Shown in pieces: positions 14,941-29,600 of a DNA stretch of 64,000 nt. The stretch's first letter is position 1, and the number at the start of each line of letters is the position of its first letter. The notes under the pieces were generated by a model. That model saw only the letters and a list, made by a program, of their open reading frames with translations, was not told the origin of the DNA and searched no databases. Source of the stretch: the human T2T-CHM13v2.0 reference genome, Homo sapiens. Location: assembly GCF_009914755.1 (NCBI RefSeq), contig NC_060927.1. One strand, given 5' to 3'. The position numbers were made by a program, and so were the translations under genes.

Positions 14941-15387
14941 ACCAAATAAATGCCTTTAAGAGTTGAAAGCAAAACAGGCATTAAGAAGAACTTTAAGAAG
15001 GAGAGGACATGTAATCAGGCCCTTGAGGTTGACTAAAGTTTCCAGAAGTAGAGATGAGGTAAACAAATTTCAGACAGAAGGAATGGGATGAACAGAGGTA
15101 AGAAAGTGTGAAAATATGTACTGTGATTGAGAAAAAGTGGAGAAATCAGTTCTATAGTATATGGGATTAAATTAATATTCATAAAATAGTTCTTTTATTA
15201 CTAAATATTTTTATTGAATTATAAATTTATAAGATATTTGGGTCGCAAAGATGTAGGGAAATGTAGAACCAAACTGTGAAAAGTTTTTAATACCAGGATT
15301 CAGAACCAGATTGTAAAAAGTTTTTAATACCAGGCAAATTATATTATTGTTATTTAACATATATTAAAAATAACATATATATGTTAA

Positions 15388-15391
15388 TGTG

Positions 15392-15467
<76 letters not shown>

Positions 15468-15473
15468 CATACA
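15388..15473. repeat. Compound (TG)n(TA)n microsatellite
   Basis: About 11 TG units followed by about 20 TA units. Confidence 0.95.
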
Positions 15474-15511
15474 TCAGAAACTTGTTGCCTTGTAACATAA
15501 TGTAGAGCCTT

Positions 15512-15599
15512 GGCCATGCACAGTGGCTCACACCTGTAATCCCATGCTTTGGGAAGCCAAGGCAAGAGGATTTCTTGAGGTCAGGAGTTTAAGACCAGC
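15512..15599 (+). mobile_element. Alu left-arm fragment (FLAM/AluJ), 3'-truncated
   Basis: ggccatgcacagtggctcacacctgtaatccca...gaggtcaggagtttaagaccagc, then abrupt switch to L2. Confidence 0.8.
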
Positions 15600-16740
15600 A
15601 AATATGGATGAAAGGAAGTGAAAGGAAGAAAGGGAGGATAAAAATGGTTAGGATATTTCCAGCCTGGGTGCCTGGGAGAATATGATTTATTAACAGATAA
15701 AGGAAAATAAGGAGGATCTGGTTTGGAGGGCCAGGTTGGGTTTTTGGACATGTGAAGTTTGAGGCTGTAAATGCTTCATCTAAGTGGAACTATATAGTTG
15801 ACATCTAGAAATGGCAGTCTGGCAGAGTAAAGATCATAAGTTTGTGATAAAATTTGCTTGTAGAAATGGAAATAAAAACCACAATGAGATGCCATCTCAC
15901 ACCAATTAGAATGGCTATTACTAAAACCCCAAAAAATAACCATTGCTTTTGGGGTTGTGGAGAAAAGGGAACTCTTATACACTGTTGGTAGGAGTGTAAA
16001 TTAGTTCAACCATTGTGGAAAGCAGTATGGTGATGCCTCAAAATGCTAAGAGCAGAACTACCATTCGACCCAGCTATCCCAGGAATATACCCAGGTATAT
16101 ACCCAAAGGAATTTAAAGTATTCTACCATAAGGGAACATACACTCAAATGTTCATTGCAGCACTATTCATAATAGCAAAGACATGGAATCAACCTAAATG
16201 CTCATCAGTGGCAGATTGGATAAAGAAAATGTGGTACACATACACTATGGAATATTATGCAGCCAAAAAGAAGAATGAGATTATGTCTTTTGCAGGAACA
16301 TGGATGGAGCTGGAGGCATTTAATATCCTTAGTAAACTAACACAGGAACAGAGAACCAAATACTGCACGTTCTCACTTATAAGTGGGAGATAAATGATGA
16401 GAACTTGTGAACACAAAGAAGGAAACAACAGACACTGCAGTTTACTTTACAGGGAGGTTGGGAGGAGGTAAAGGAGCAGAAAAGTATGTATTGGGTACTG
16501 GGCTTAATACCTGGGTGATAAAAAGATACGTACAACAAACCCCCATGACACATGTTTATCTGTGTAACAAACCTTCACATGCACCTCCAAACCTAAAACA
16601 AAAGTTAAGAAAATAAAATTTGGTCATCAACATATAGGGAGGATAATTTTAGAGGTGAACATTGATGAGAGAGTAATTTGACTGGATACATGAAGAGGGA
16701 AAGAGAGCTAAAGAAATAAAAAGGTCATGGAGAGGTTGCT
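15600..16740 (-). mobile_element. L2, interrupted by L1PA
   Basis: gcctgggtgcctgggagaat..ttttggacatgtgaagtttgagg; resumes as ggtcatcaacatatagg after 16615. Confidence 0.7.
15860..16615 (+). mobile_element. L1PA11-13 (L1PA12-like) 3' fragment
   Basis: ORF2 C-terminus (ORF 16043-16393, WNQPKC..WIKKMW), 3'UTR attgggtactgggcttaatacctgggtgat..acaaacccccatgacac; candidate TSD ataaaatttg. Confidence 0.88.
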
Positions 16741-18517
16741 GTGTTCATTATCTTTGACAATCTTCCTTTGCTTCTGTTGGTGAGAAGACTAGTTGACTCA
16801 CAGAGGCTCTGCCATACTGCAGCAACTGTAAGCTAATGTTTTCTTACTCTTGAACTCATTGACCTTCTCACTGGCCTGAGATATGAAGATTTGACAAACC
16901 TATTTTGTAATGGTCTAACACATCCAGATTTTGCCAAACTACTTGAGCCAGTTTAAAGAAATGAGAACTCTGGCGACAAAATAATACATGTTTCGGGGGA
17001 AGCAGATATTGTGGGAGTGGGGAAGATGGGCAATTGGGACCACTGGCCCAAGCATACAGTATTTGCTCTCCGCATGCTGCCACTTTGCCACTAGAATTAA
17101 AAGTCCTCAGCTTGAGCTGTGTATCCTAAGAAAAACAGAAAATTCAAGTACTCTTTTTCTCTTCTGAGTTTATGGGAATGGGTAGTAATGAAAGCATAAT
17201 CTTTGTGAATGAAAAAGCTGATCTGCACCCATATTGGTGTAGTCTGGGGATACTTCAATACTTCTAAATAGCTTTTGCTCTCATATAGTTCTTCATAGTA
17301 TTGGCTATCGCAGCTGTACCCAAAGTTTTTAATTTGCTTAAATTTATCCTGGGAATTTTTGGAAACTGGAGCTTTGTAGGGGTTCCTCTCATTCTCACAT
17401 TGTAATTCTCATGAGAATTTCTCCCCTGCAAAGTTATGTGGCTCTCCATCTGGCTATATTCATAAGTCATCCTTCTCATATAACTTAGATCAAATGCATT
17501 AGTTTCCTTGGAATTAGATTAGCATCTTGATCTGAGAGCTTTCTTGGCTTTTCCTGCTGACAAGAGATGAAAGCCTCATAAATAAAAATGAGGCTTTGTT
17601 TGCCTTTATGTTGTGATGTACCCTGTGGAAGAGGAAGACAATTAGATCTAAACATCTTTTTATTCAATGTTACAGATATTTTTTTCTTTCATGGCTTGAC
17701 CCTAGTTCCCTCTCTTCCAGTATTAACTACTGTGCAGATTGTATAATAGCACTGGAAAATTAAATAGCAACCTTCAAACTAGCATTTGCTTCTTTTGACT
17801 ACTTCGGAAATCTTCTCAGTGGGGGATGTGAGTTTTTTGTGCTTCACTATCAGTGATTATCATTCTAAATCGAGTGATAGTGAATTATTTTTTCCTGAAA
17901 ATTTTGTCAAAAATAGTCAATAATAATTGACAATCGAGTCTGAATAAAATACCATAATAAAGTCTGCATGCATTAGACTGGAAGTAGAGCATTGGTTAAA
18001 CATTTATAGATGGCACTAAGTACTAAGGGAATTCTGGGACACAGATTCAGACATAGAATTCACCTGACTTGAGGTGTAACTGTATAAAGTTATGACATCA
18101 GATTTGACTTTATTAATATGATGTTATTTGAGATAGTTCTACTTTTATATTAAAATAACTTTGAAGTAGTAAGCTTTTTGTTATTATTAATATAATGCTG
18201 ATAATGTTATTGGTCATAATAATCTATAGTATTTAAGGGTAAAGTAGTTAGGATCTGGAAGAGGGCTGTGGCTGTACAATTTCAATAAATAGTAGAAGTC
18301 AGTGTTTCTGAGACCAAAGTTAAAGAGTTATAGGGAGAGAAAGAGGTATGTGGTATCAAAAACAGAAGGCTGAACCTATCATTGAAAAATGAAGATGAAG
18401 ACAGCCTTGCAATAATAAGACTGATTCAAGCCGAGAGACAGCTGATGGAAAACACCTGAAGATGGCAGTAGAAATAATTTTGTGTCATTGAAGCATATTC
18501 AGGTTTCTCAGCTTAGG

Positions 18518-19432
18518 TGTATTAGTCCATTTTCACACTCCTATAAAGACATACTCGAGACCGGGTAATTTATAAAGAAAAGACATTACTGGGTATATAC
18601 CCAAAGGATTATAAATCATGCTACTATAAAGACATATGCACACGTATGTTTATTGCAGCACTATTCACAATAGCAAAGAGTTGGAACCAACCCAAATGTC
18701 CAACAATCATAGACTGGATTAAGAAAATGTGGCACATATACACCATGGAATACTATGCAGCCATAAAAAATGATGAGTTCGTGTCCTTTGTAGGGACATG
18801 GATGAAGCTGGAAACCATCATTCTCAGCAAACTATCGCAACGACAAAAAACCAAACGTGGCATGTTCTCACTCATAGGTGGGAATTGAACAATGAGAACA
18901 CATGGACACAGGAAGTGGAACATCACACACCGGGGACTGTTGTGGGGTGGGGGGAGGGGGGAGGGATGGCATTAGGAGATATACCTAATGCTAAATGAGG
19001 AGTTAATGGGTGCAGCACACCAACATGGCACATGTATACGTATGTAACAAACCTGCACGTTGTGCACATGTACCCTAAAACTTAAAGTATAATAATAATA
19101 AAAAAATAAAATAAAATAAAGTAAAAAAAAGAAAAGACATTTAATTGACTCACAGCTCTGCATGGCTGGGGAGGCCCCAGGAAACTTACAATTATGGTGG
19201 AAGGAGAAGCAGACACCTTCTTCACAAAGTGGCAGGAGAGAGTGTGAGTGAAAAGCCCAGGGGAAACTGCCATTTATGAAACCATCAGATCTCATGTAAA
19301 CTCACTCACTATCACAAGAAGAGCATGGGGGAAATCTGCCCCCATGATCTAATCACCTCCTACCAGGTCCCTCCCTCAACAACTGGGGATTACAATTCAA
19401 GATGAGATTTAGGTGGGGACAGAACCATATCA
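18518..19432 (-). mobile_element. THE1D/MSTA-type MaLR solo LTR, split by L1PA
   Basis: tgtattagtcc...ccatatca ends; 5-bp TSD ttagg (18513-18517, 19433-19437). Confidence 0.9.
18588..19127 (+). mobile_element. L1PA3/PA4 3' fragment
   Basis: ORF2 C-terminus, G-rich 3'UTR, aatgctaaatga.gagttaatgg, poly(A); 14-bp TSD aaagaaaagacatt (18574-18587, 19128-19141). Confidence 0.92.
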
Positions 19433-20313
19433 TTAGGAGAATATGAAATTCCAAGGTTTTTTGGAATTAAAAAAATTATTTTTAACTTTTGTGGTATGTA
19501 GTAGGCATACATATTTATGGAGTATATGAGCTATTTTGATACAGGCATCCAATGCATAATAATTACATCAGGGTAAATGGAGTACCCATCACCTCAAGCA
19601 TTTATTCTTTCTTTGTGTTACAAACAATCCAATTATATTTTTAGTTACTTGAAAATGTATAATAATTATTGTAGACTCTAGTCACCCTGTTATGCTATCA
19701 AATACTAGGTCTTATGCATTTTATCTAACTATATTTTTGTACCCATTAGCCATCTCCCCTTGGCCGCTCACCCAACTACCCTTTCCAGCCTCTAGTAACC
19801 ATCATTCTACTCCCTATCTCTATGAAGTCAGTTGTTTTCATTTTTAGCTCCCACAAATAGGTGAAAACAAGTGAAATTTGTCTTTCTGTGCCTCGCTTAT
19901 TTCATGTAACATAATGATCTCCAGTTCCATCCATGTTACATATGACAGAATCTCATTTTTTGTAGATTGAATAGTATTCCATTGTGTATATGTACTACAT
20001 ATTCTTTATACAATCATCTGTTGATGGACACTTAGGTTGCTTCCAAATCTTGGTTATGGTGAATAGTGCTGCAATAAACATGGGAGTGCAGCTATCTCTT
20101 CAATATACTGATTTCCATTCTTTTGGGTACATACTTAGCAGTGGGATTTCTGGATCACATAGTAGCTCTATTTTTAGTTTTGAGGAACCTCCAAACTCTT
20201 CTCCATAGTGGTTGTACTAATTTACATTCCCACCCAACAGTGTGTAAAGGTCCTTTTTCTCCTTATCCTTGCCAGCATTTGTTACTGCCTATCTTTTGGA
20301 TAAAAGCCATTTT

Positions 20314-21728
20314 ATTTTATTTTACTTTTTAAAATTATAATTACTTTTACTATTCCTTTTTAATTTATAATTTTTATTTTAGGTTTGGGGGTACACATGA
20401 AGGTTTGTTACATAGATAAACATGTGTCATGGGGGTTTGTTGTATATATTATTACATCACCCAGGTATTAAGCCCAGTATCCAATGAGTACCTTTTCTGT
20501 TCCTCTCCTCTTCCCAACCTTCCCCCCAAGTAGACCCCAACGTTTGTTGTTTCCTTCTTTGTGTGCCTAAGTTCTTATCATTTAGCTCCCATTTATAAGT
20601 GAGAACATGCACTATTTGGTTTTCTGTTTCTGAGTTAAAGGATGATAGCCTCCAGCTTCATCTATGTTCATGTAAAAGATATCTTATTCTTTATTATGAC
20701 TGCATAATATTCCATGGTGTATATGTACCCTATTTTCTTTATCCAATCTGTCATTGATGGGTATTTTACTTGATTCCATCTCTTTGCTCTTGTGAATAGT
20801 GCTGCAATGAACATTTATTTGCATGTGTCTTTATGGTAGGATGCTTTATATTCCTTTGGGTATATACCCAGCAATGGGATTGCTGGGTCGAATGGTACTT
20901 CTGCTTCTAGCTCTTTGAGGAATCACCATACTGCTTTCCACAATGGTGGAATTAATTTACTCTCCCACCAACAGTGTATAAGAGTTCCCTTTTCTCTACA
21001 ACCTCACCAGCATTGATTATTTTTTGACTTTTTAATAATCACCATTCTGACTGGTGTGAGATGGCATCTCATTGTGATTTTGATTTCCATTTCTCTAATG
21101 ATCAGTGATATTGAGATTTTTTTTAAATATGCTCGTGGCTGCATGTATGTCTTCCTTTGAGAAGCGTCCATGTCCTTTGCCCAGTTTTTAATGGAGTTGT
21201 TTTTCTCTTGTAAATTTGTTTAAATTCCTTAAACATGCTGGATATTATATTAGACATTTGTCTGATGCATAGTTTGCAAGTATTTTCTCCCATTCTGTAG
21301 GTTGTCTGTTTACTATGTTGATAGCTTCTTTTGCTGTGCAGAAGCTCTTAAGTTTAATTAGATCACATTTGTCATTTTTTGCTCTTGTTGTGATTGCTTT
21401 TGGTGTCTTTGTCATAAAATCTTACCTGTTCCTATGTCAATACCTAGGATGGTATTGCCTAGGTTGCCTTCCAGGGTTTTTATAGTTTTGGGTTTTACAT
21501 TTAGGTATTGAATCCATCTTGAATTGACTTTTGTATATGGTGTAAGGAAGGAGCCCAGCTTTAATCTTCGGCATATGGCTAGCCAGTTATCCCAGCACCA
21601 TTTATTGAATAGGGAGTCTTTTCCCCATTGTTTGTTTGTGTCAGCTTTGTCAAATATCAGATGGTTATAGATGTGTGTGGCCTTATTTCTGGGCTCTTTA
21701 TTCCGTTCCATTGGTCTATGTGTCTGTT
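20314..21728 (-). mobile_element. L1PA11-13 (L1PA12-like) 3' fragment nested in L1MA
   Basis: TSD gataaaagccatttt at 20299 and 21729; 3'UTR matches the 15.9-kb copy; ORF2 relic 21412-21711. Confidence 0.9.
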
Positions 21729-23038
21729 GATAAAAGCCATTTTAACTGGGGTAAAATGATATCTCATTGTAGTTTTGTTTTTTATTTCTCTGATGATCAA
21801 TGATGTTGAACACCTTTCATATACCTGATTTCCTTTTGTATGCCTTCTTTTGAGAAACGTCTATTCAGATTTTTTTGTTCATTTTAAAATCAGATTATTA
21901 GATTTTTTTTCCTGTAGAGTTGTTTAAGCTCCTTATATATTCTGGTTATTAATCCTTTATCAGAGGGATAGTTTGCAGATATTTTCTCCATATCTGTGAG
22001 TTGTTTCTTCACATTGTTGACTGTTTCCTTTGCTGTGTAGAAGCTTTTTAACTTGTTGTGTTCCTATTTATCCATTTTTGCTTTGGTTGCCTGTGCTTGT
22101 GGGATATTACTCAAGAAATCTTTGCTCAGTCCAATGTCCTAGAGAGTTCCCTCAATGTTTTCTTTTAGTAGTTTCACAGCTTGATGTTTTAAAGTCTTTA
22201 ATCCATTTTGATTCAATTTTTGTATATCGTGAGAGATAAGAGTCTAGTTTCATTCTTCTGCATATGAATATGAATATTTCTCCAGCATTATTTATTGAAT
22301 AAATTGTCCCTTTTCCAGGGTATGTTCTTGGCTACTTATCAAAATGACATCACCATAGATGTATGGATTTGTTTCTGCATTCTCTATTCTGTCCATTGGT
22401 CTATTTGTTTTTCTTTTTATGCTGATACCATGCTGTTTTGATTAATATACATTTGCAGCATGATGTGAAGTCAGGTAATGTGTTCCTCTAGTTTTGTTAT
22501 TTTTGTTCAGGATAGCTTTGACTATTCTAGGTCTTTTGTGGTTCCATATAAATTTTAAAATTGTTTATTTTTTCAAAAGAATATCATTGGTATTTTGATA
22601 AGGACTGCACTGAATCTGTAGATTGATTTGGGTGGTATGAACAGTTAACAATATTGATTTTTCTAATCCATGAAAATGGAATATCATTCCATTTTTTGGT
22701 GTCCTCTTCAATTTCCTCCATCAGTGCTTCATAGTTTTCAGTGTAGAGATCTTTTACTTCTTTAAGTTAATTTCGAGGTATTTTATTTCATTTTATTTGT
22801 AGCTACTGTAAATAAGAGTACCTTCTTGATTTCTGTTTGAGATTGTTAGCTCTTGACATATGAAAGTTGTACTGATTTTTGTGTGTTGACTGTGTATTCT
22901 GCAACTTTACTAAATTTGTTTATCAATTCTAATAGTTTTTTGGTGGAGTCCTTACGTTTCTCCAAATATAAGATCATACCATATGAAAACAAGGATACTT
23001 GGTATTCTTCCTTTCCAATTTGTATGCCTTTTCTTTTA

Positions 23039-23146
<108 letters not shown>

Positions 23147-25052
23147 TTATCTTCCAGATCTTAGAGGCAAGGCTTTCAGTTTTTCCCAATTCAGTATGAT
23201 ATTAGCTATGAGTCTGTTATAAATGGCTTTTATTGTGTATAGGTATGTTCCTTCTAACCCCAGTTTTTTTGAGGATTTTTTTTTTTTATCGTGAAGGGAC
23301 ATTGAATTTTATCAAATGCTTTTTCGGCATCAATTGAAATGGTCATATTGATTTCATCCTTTATTCAGTTGATATAATATATCACATAGACTGATTTGTG
23401 TATGTTAAACCGTCTTTGCATCCCTGGGATAAATCCCGCTTGGTCATGATAAGCAATGTTTTTAATGTGTTGTTGAATTTGGTTTACCAATATTTTGTTG
23501 AGGATTTTTCATCAGTGTTCACTGGGGATATGGGCCTATAGTTTTGTTTTTTTTTTTCTTGATGTGTTTTTGTCCGGTTTTGGTATCAGAGTAATACTGG
23601 CCTCATAGAATGAATTTAAAAGTATTCCCTTCTCATTTTTTTGAAATAGTTTATGTAGGATTTGTATTAGTTCTTCTTTAAATGTTTGGTAAGATTCAGC
23701 AGTAAATCCATCAGGTCCCAGGATTTTCTTTGCTGGGATAGTTTTCATTATGGCTGGCTTTGATCTCACTACTTGTTATTGATCTTTTCAGGTTTTGGAT
23801 TTCTTCATGGTACAGTCTTGGTAGGCTATATGTGTCTAGGAATTTATGCATTTCTTCTAAGTTTTCCAATTTATTGGCATATAGTTGCTCAGAGTAGCTT
23901 CTGTTTATCCTTTTGTTTCTGTGGTATTGGTGGTAATGTGTCCTTTTCCACCTTGATTTTATTTACTTGAGTCTTCTTTCTTTTTTCCTCAGTTAGTCTG
24001 GATAAAGATTTGTTGATTTTTTTTATATTTTCAAAAAAACAACTTTTTGTTTGACCATTTGTATTGTTTTCTTCATCTCAATTTCATTTGTTTCTGCTTT
24101 GATCTTTATTATTTCTTTTCTTCTACTAATTTGGGATTTGGTTTGCTCTTCTCTTTCCAGTTCTTTAAGACATGTCATTAGGTTGTTCCTTTGTAGTTTT
24201 TCTGGTTCTTTGATGTAGGTGCTTATAGTTATAAACTTTCCTCTTATTACTGCTTTCTTTGTATCCCATAAGGTTTGATATGTTGTGTTTTCATTATTGT
24301 TTGTTTCAAGAAATTTTTAAATTTTCTTCTTACTTTCTTCATTGCCCCACTGGTCATTCAGGAGCATATTGTTTAATTTCCATGTGTTTGTATAGTTTCC
24401 AATATTTCTTTTGTTATTGATTTCTAGCTTTATTCCATTGTGGTCAGAGAAGTTACTTGATACAATTTCAATTTTTAAAAAATGTTTTAAGACTTGTTTT
24501 GTGGCCTAACATATGGCCTATCCTTGAGAATGATTCATATGCTGAGGAGAAGAATGCATATGATGCAGCATTAGAGGAAATATTCGTTAAATATATATTA
24601 GGTGCATTTGTTCTATAATGCAGATTAAATCTAATTTTTTTTGTTGATTTCCTGTCTGAATGATCTGTCCAATGCTGAACATGAGGTGTTAACATCTCTG
24701 GCTATTATTATATTGGGGGCTATCTCTCTCTTTAGCTCTAATGGTATTTGTTTTATATATCTGGGTGGTCCAATGTTGGACGCATATATGTTTACAATTG
24801 TTATATCCTCCTGCTGAATTGACCCCTTTATCATTGTATAATGACTTCTTTTTTCTCTTCTTTATGGTTTTTATCTTGTAATCTTTTTTTGTCTAAGTAT
24901 AGCTAGTCCTGTTCTTTATTTGTTTGCCTTTTATGGAATATCTTTTTCCATTTCTTTATTTTCAGTCTATGTATTAGAGGTGGTGTGTTTGTGTGTTTTT
25001 TATAGGCAACATATCGAGTCTTGGTTTTTTATCCATTCAGTGACTCTATGTC

Positions 25053-25375
25053 TTTTTTTTTTTTTTTTTTTTTTTTTTGAGTCACAGTCTTGCTCTGTTG
25101 CCCAGGCTGGAGTGCAATGGCGTGATCTTTGGGTCACTGCAATCTCCGCCTCCCAGGTTCAAGCAATTCTCCTGCCTCAGCCTTCCAAGTAGCTGGGATG
25201 ACTGGCACCCACCACCAAGCCCGGTTAATTTTTGTATTTTCAGTAGAGACGGGGTTTCACCATATTGGCCAGGCTGGTCTCTTTGCTAGGCTGCTCTCGA
25301 CTCCTGACCTCGTGATCTGCCTGCCTCAGCCTCCCAAAGTGCTGGGATTACAGGTGTGAGCCACCGTGCCTGGCT
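25053..25375 (-). mobile_element. AluS (Sg-like)
   Basis: Dimeric Alu, long poly(T); TSD actctatgtctttt at 25043 and 25377. Confidence 0.92.
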
Positions 25376-26081
25376 CACTCTATGTCTTTTGATTGGAGTG
25401 TTAGTTCATTTACATTCAATATTATTATTCATGAATAAGAATTTACTTCTGCCATTTTGTTATTTGTTTTTTGTTTGTTTTTGGTCTTCTCTTTCTTCTT
25501 TCCTTTATTCCTGTCTTCCTTTCATTGAAGGTGTTTTTCTCTGGTGATATTTAGTTTTTTGCTTTTGTGTGTGTGTATCTGTTGTATGTTTTGTTATTTG
25601 AGGTTTCCATGAGTCTTGCAAATAATATATTATAGCCCAGTATTTTAAATCGATGACTTAACACTGATTGCATAAACAAATAATCAAATTAACAAATAAA
25701 GAGAAAACTAATAAAAATTCAACCTTTTAACTTCCTTCCCCTGCTTTTTAAGTTTCTGTTGTTTTTACTTGTATCTTTTTGTAGATAAGATACAAGAGGT
25801 CCAAAATTAGATCTCTGTAGTCTCTGACTTAAAAAGTTGTTGTAGTTATTATTTCTCATTGGTTCATTTTTTAGTCTTTTTACTCAAGATATAAATAGTT
25901 TACACACCACAATGACAGTGTTGTAATATTCTTTGTTTTAGTGTGTACTTACTATTGCCAGTGAGATTTCTATTTTCAGATGATTTATTATTGCTCATTA
26001 ACATCCTTTTCTTTCAGACTGAGGATCCCCCTTTAGCATTTCTTGTAGGACTGGTTTGGTGTTGATAAAATCCCTCAGGTT

Positions 26082-26392
<311 letters not shown>

Positions 26393-26682
26393 CAGGTTTT
26401 GAAGGATAGTTTTGCTGGATATACCATTCTAGGGTAGAAGTGTTCTTCCCTGAGCATGTTATGCATGTCATGACACCCTCTCCTGACCTGTAAGGTTTCC
26501 ACTGAGAAGTCTGCTGCCAGATGTATTGGAGCTCCATTGTATGTTATTTGTTTCTCTTCTCTTGTGACTTTTAGGATTCCTTCTTCATCCTTGACCTTTG
26601 GAAGTTTGATTATTAAATGTCTTGAGGTAGTTTTCTTTCAATTACATCTGCTTAGTATTCTATAACTGTCTTACACTTGATA

Positions 26683-29600
26683 ACAGTATAATGTTGGCTA
26701 TGGGTTTGTTGTAGATGGCTCTTATTATTTTGAAATATGTTCTTTTGTATTAGTTTGTTCTTGCATTGCTACAAAGAAATATGCGAGACTGGGTAATTTA
26801 TAAGAAAAAGAGGTTTAATTGGCTTAGGGTTCTGCAGGCTGTACAAAATACATGATGCTGGCATCTGCTCAGCTTCCGGGGAGGCCTCAGGAAACTTACA
26901 ATCATGGTGAAAGGCAAAGAGGGAGCAAGCACAGCATGTGGCCAGAGCAGGAGCAAGAGGAAGAAGTGGGGAAGGTGCCACAGACTATTTAATAACTAGA
27001 TCTCATGAGAATTCACTCGCTATTGTGTGGACAGCATCAAGGGAATGATGCTAAGCCATTTGTGAGAAACCTGCCCCCATGATCCAATCACCGCCTACTA
27101 GACCCCACCTCCAACACTGGGGATTACATTTCCACATTAGATATGAGTAGGAACGCAGATTCAAACCGTATCATCTTTCAATGCCTAATCTGTTGAGGGC
27201 TTTTATCATGAAGGGATGTTGGATTTTATCAAAGGCTTTTTATGTGTCTATTGAGATAATCTTATGGTTTTTGCTTTTGATTCTGTTTATGTGGTGAATC
27301 GCATTTGTTGACTTGTGTATGTTGAACCAACATTGCATCCCAGAAATAAAACCTACTTGATCATGATAAATTACCTTTTTGATGTACTGCTGGGTTTGGT
27401 TTGCTAGTATTCTGTTGATATTTTTCTGTCTATGTTAATCAGGGATATTGGCCTTTTTCTATTGTGTCTCTGCCAGGTTTTGGTATTAGGATGATACTGG
27501 CTTCATAGAATGAGTTAGGGAAATGCTGCTACTCCTTCATTTTTTGAATAGTTTCAGTAAGAATTTTTATTACTGATTTAATTTCCAAATTTGTTATTGG
27601 TCTGTTCAGATTTTTGACTTTCCTCCTGATTAAATCTTGGGAGGTTGTGTGTTTTTAGGAATTTAATTATTTCCTCTAGTTTTCCTAATTTGTGTGCATA
27701 GCATGTTCATAATAGACCTGAGGATCTTTTGTATTTCTGTAAGATCAGTTGTGAGTTGTTTTTGTCATTTCTGATTGTGCTTATTTGGACCTTTTCTTTT
27801 TCTTTGTTAATATAGCTTATGGTCTATCAATCTTGTTTATTCTTTTGAAAAACCAATGCTCGCTCTCATTGATCTTTTGTATGGACTTTTGTTCTCAATT
27901 TCTTTCAGTTCTTCTTTGATTTTAGTTCATTTTTTTCTTCTATTAGCTTTGAAGTTGGATTGTTCTTTTTCATTCTAGTTCCTCCAGTTGCTCTTTTAAG
28001 TTGTTAATTTGAGAGCTTTGTAACCTCTTGATTAAGGCATTCAGTGCTATAAATTTTCCTTTTTACACATCTTTAGCTGCATCCCAAAGGTATTGGTATG
28101 TTGTATCACTATTTTCATTTATTTCAAAAAATTTTTTGATTTCTGTCTTAATTTTATTGTTTACCCAAGAGTTAATCAGAAGCAAGTTGTTTAGTTTCCA
28201 TGTTGCTGTGTAGTTTTTGAGTGATCTTCTTGGTGTTAATTTGGTCAATCTTAGAATATGAGAAAAATGTATATTATGTGGTTTTTCAGTGGAGTACTCT
28301 GTAAATGTCTATTACGTTGAATTGGTCAAGTGTCAAGTTTAAGTTCAGAATTTCTCTGTTAGTTTTCTACCTTAATGGTCTGTCTAATGCTGTGAGGGTG
28401 GTGTTAAAATCCCCCATTATTATTGTGTGGCCATCCACAGTTTTTTTTATAAGTCAAGAAGAACTTGTTTATGAATCTGGATGGTCCTATGTTGGGTGCA
28501 TGTATCTTTAGGATAATTACATCTTCTTGTTGAATGGACCCCTAAATCAGTGTTTACTGCCATTGTTTATCCTTCCTGATTGTTATTGGTTTAAAATCTG
28601 TTTTATTTGATATAAGAATAGAGGCTCCTGCTCTTTTTTGTTTCTGTTTGCTTGGTAGATCATCCTCCATCCCTTTACTTTGAGCCTGTGTGTGTCATCA
28701 CATGTGCAGACTGTTGGGTCTTGTCTTTCTGTCCAGATTGCCAGTCTATGCCTTTTAAGTGGGGTATGTAGACCATTTATATTCTGGGTAATGTATTGAT
28801 AGATAAGATTTTGATCCTGTCATCCTGTTGTTGGTTGTTTGTTTTGTAGATTTGATTATGTAGTTGTTTATATTGTCTGTGGGCTATCTGTTTAAGTGTA
28901 TTTATGAGGTAGCAGGCTTTTGTCCTTTGTTTCTATGTTTACCACTTTGTTAAGAAGCTCCTGTAAAGGTGGTCTGGTGATAACAAATTCCCTTAGTGCT
29001 TACTTGACTGAGAAGGATTTTATTTCTCCTTTGCTTATGAAGCTTAGCTAGGTGGGGTATAATATTTTTGGTTATAATTTTTTTTGCCTTAAGAATGATA
29101 AAAACAGGTCCCCAAATTTTCTGTCTTTTAGGTTTTCTGCTGAGGGGTCTGCTGCTAGCCTGAAAAGGTTTTCTTTGGAGGTGACCCAACCTTTCTCTCT
29201 AGTTTTCTTGAAGATTTTTTTCTTTTGTTTTGACCTTGGTGAATCTGTTGACTATATACCTTGGGGATGGTTATCTTATATAGTCTCTTGCAGAGGTTCT
29301 CTGTATTTTTTGAATGTGTATGTCCTCTTCCCTACCAAGTTTGGGGAAACTTTCATGGGCTATATATTCAAATATATTTTCCAAGTTACTTACCCTCTAT
29401 CCTTCTCTTTTTGGAATGCCAGTGAGTTACAAATTTTGTCTCTTTACGTAATCTCATATTTCTTGAAGCCTTTGTTCATTTTTATAATTTTTTTTAAATG
29501 TCTGTCTGAGTTGATTCAAAGAGCTGGCATTAAAGCTCTGAGATTTTTTCTTCAGCTTGATCTATTCTGCTTTTGATTCTTCTGATTGTGTTGTAGAATT

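Noticed and set aside
15265-15334. 37-bp-period two-copy tandem duplication; similar ones at 33556-33647, 51160-51198 and 55364-55441
   Set aside because: Ordinary two-copy slippage duplications with no spacers or array structure
18944-18965. G-quadruplex motif (also ~41513-41535 and ~62112-62139)
   Set aside because: Standard G-rich tract of L1 3'UTRs, not specific to this locus
29052-29576. Longest ORF (174 aa, plus strand)
   Set aside because: Antisense to a decayed L1 ORF1; the Phe/Leu-rich composition reflects the T-rich strand
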